Source: a virus
Lineage: Duplodnaviria; Heunggongvirae; Uroviricota; Caudoviricetes
DNA: 25,936 nucleotides
Virus record (IMG/VR): IMGVR_UViG_2778261639_000014
Span: 1-25,936 of that record
Strand: one strand, 5' to 3'
Part shown: positions 25,762-25,936 of the stretch, piece by piece
Numbering within the stretch: position 1 is the first letter of the stretch
Layout: each line of letters opens with the position of its first letter
The notes under the pieces: model-generated
What the model was told of the DNA's origin: nothing
Seen by the model: only the letters and a program-made list of their open reading frames with translations
Database searches by the model: none
Translations under genes and position numbers: made by a program

Positions 25762-25936
25762 TAAATTGACACTGGGTACTGAGAGATCCCCTCATAATTT
25801 CCCCAAAGCGTAACCATGTGTGAATAAATTTTGAGCTAGTAGGGTTGCAGCCACGAGTAAGTCTTCCCTTGTTATTGTGTAGCCAGAATGCCGCAAAACT
25901 TCCATGCCTAAGCGAACTGTTGAGAGTACGTTTCGA

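Noticed and set aside
1-25936. Integrase, transposase, IS element or resistance cargo that could explain the non-P1 gene order
   Set aside because: I found no tyrosine or serine recombinase, DDE transposase or terminal inverted repeats in any frame. The rearrangement junctions are clean and lie at operator sequences.

Overview
This 25.9 kb window is a segment of a P1-family temperate myovirus that is maintained as a plasmid (a phage-plasmid). All calls are from reading the sequence and from recalled knowledge of P1; no searches were run, and hand-counted motif coordinates may be off by 1-2 bp. Supported content, left to right: an rdgC homolog with a small upstream ORF behind a C1-operator-like site; a PAAR-like ORF and a 262-aa ORF; an overlapped spanin-like membrane/lipoprotein pair; an iteron plasmid replicon (DnaA box, GATC heptamers, 5 iterons, a diverged P1-type repA, incA-like iterons); a GIY-YIG/T5orf172-like gene inserted between incA and the par promoter; parA-parB-parS of P1 type; a late operon with a gene-23-like protein, a tail sheath and three more structural ORFs ending at a strong terminator; a two-gene island with palindromic non-coding DNA; then on the minus strand repL, kilA, an immI-like module (ant, icd, c4-like RNA region), the terminase genes pacB and pacA with an internal pac site, lpa, two pdc-like ORFs, doc-phd, humD with a LexA box, hot, a divergent uhr-like ORF and two unknown genes at the right edge. 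Five C1-operator-like 17-mers lie in the window but no c1 gene. The block order differs from the P1 order as I recall it (pacB abuts immI; the rdgC block abuts the replicon-proximal genes), with both junctions at C1 operators. The best candidates for undescribed functions are the GIY-YIG/T5orf172 insert (5001-5810), the orphan island at 13910-14981 and the right-edge gene pair (24810-25761); none could be assigned a function from sequence alone.
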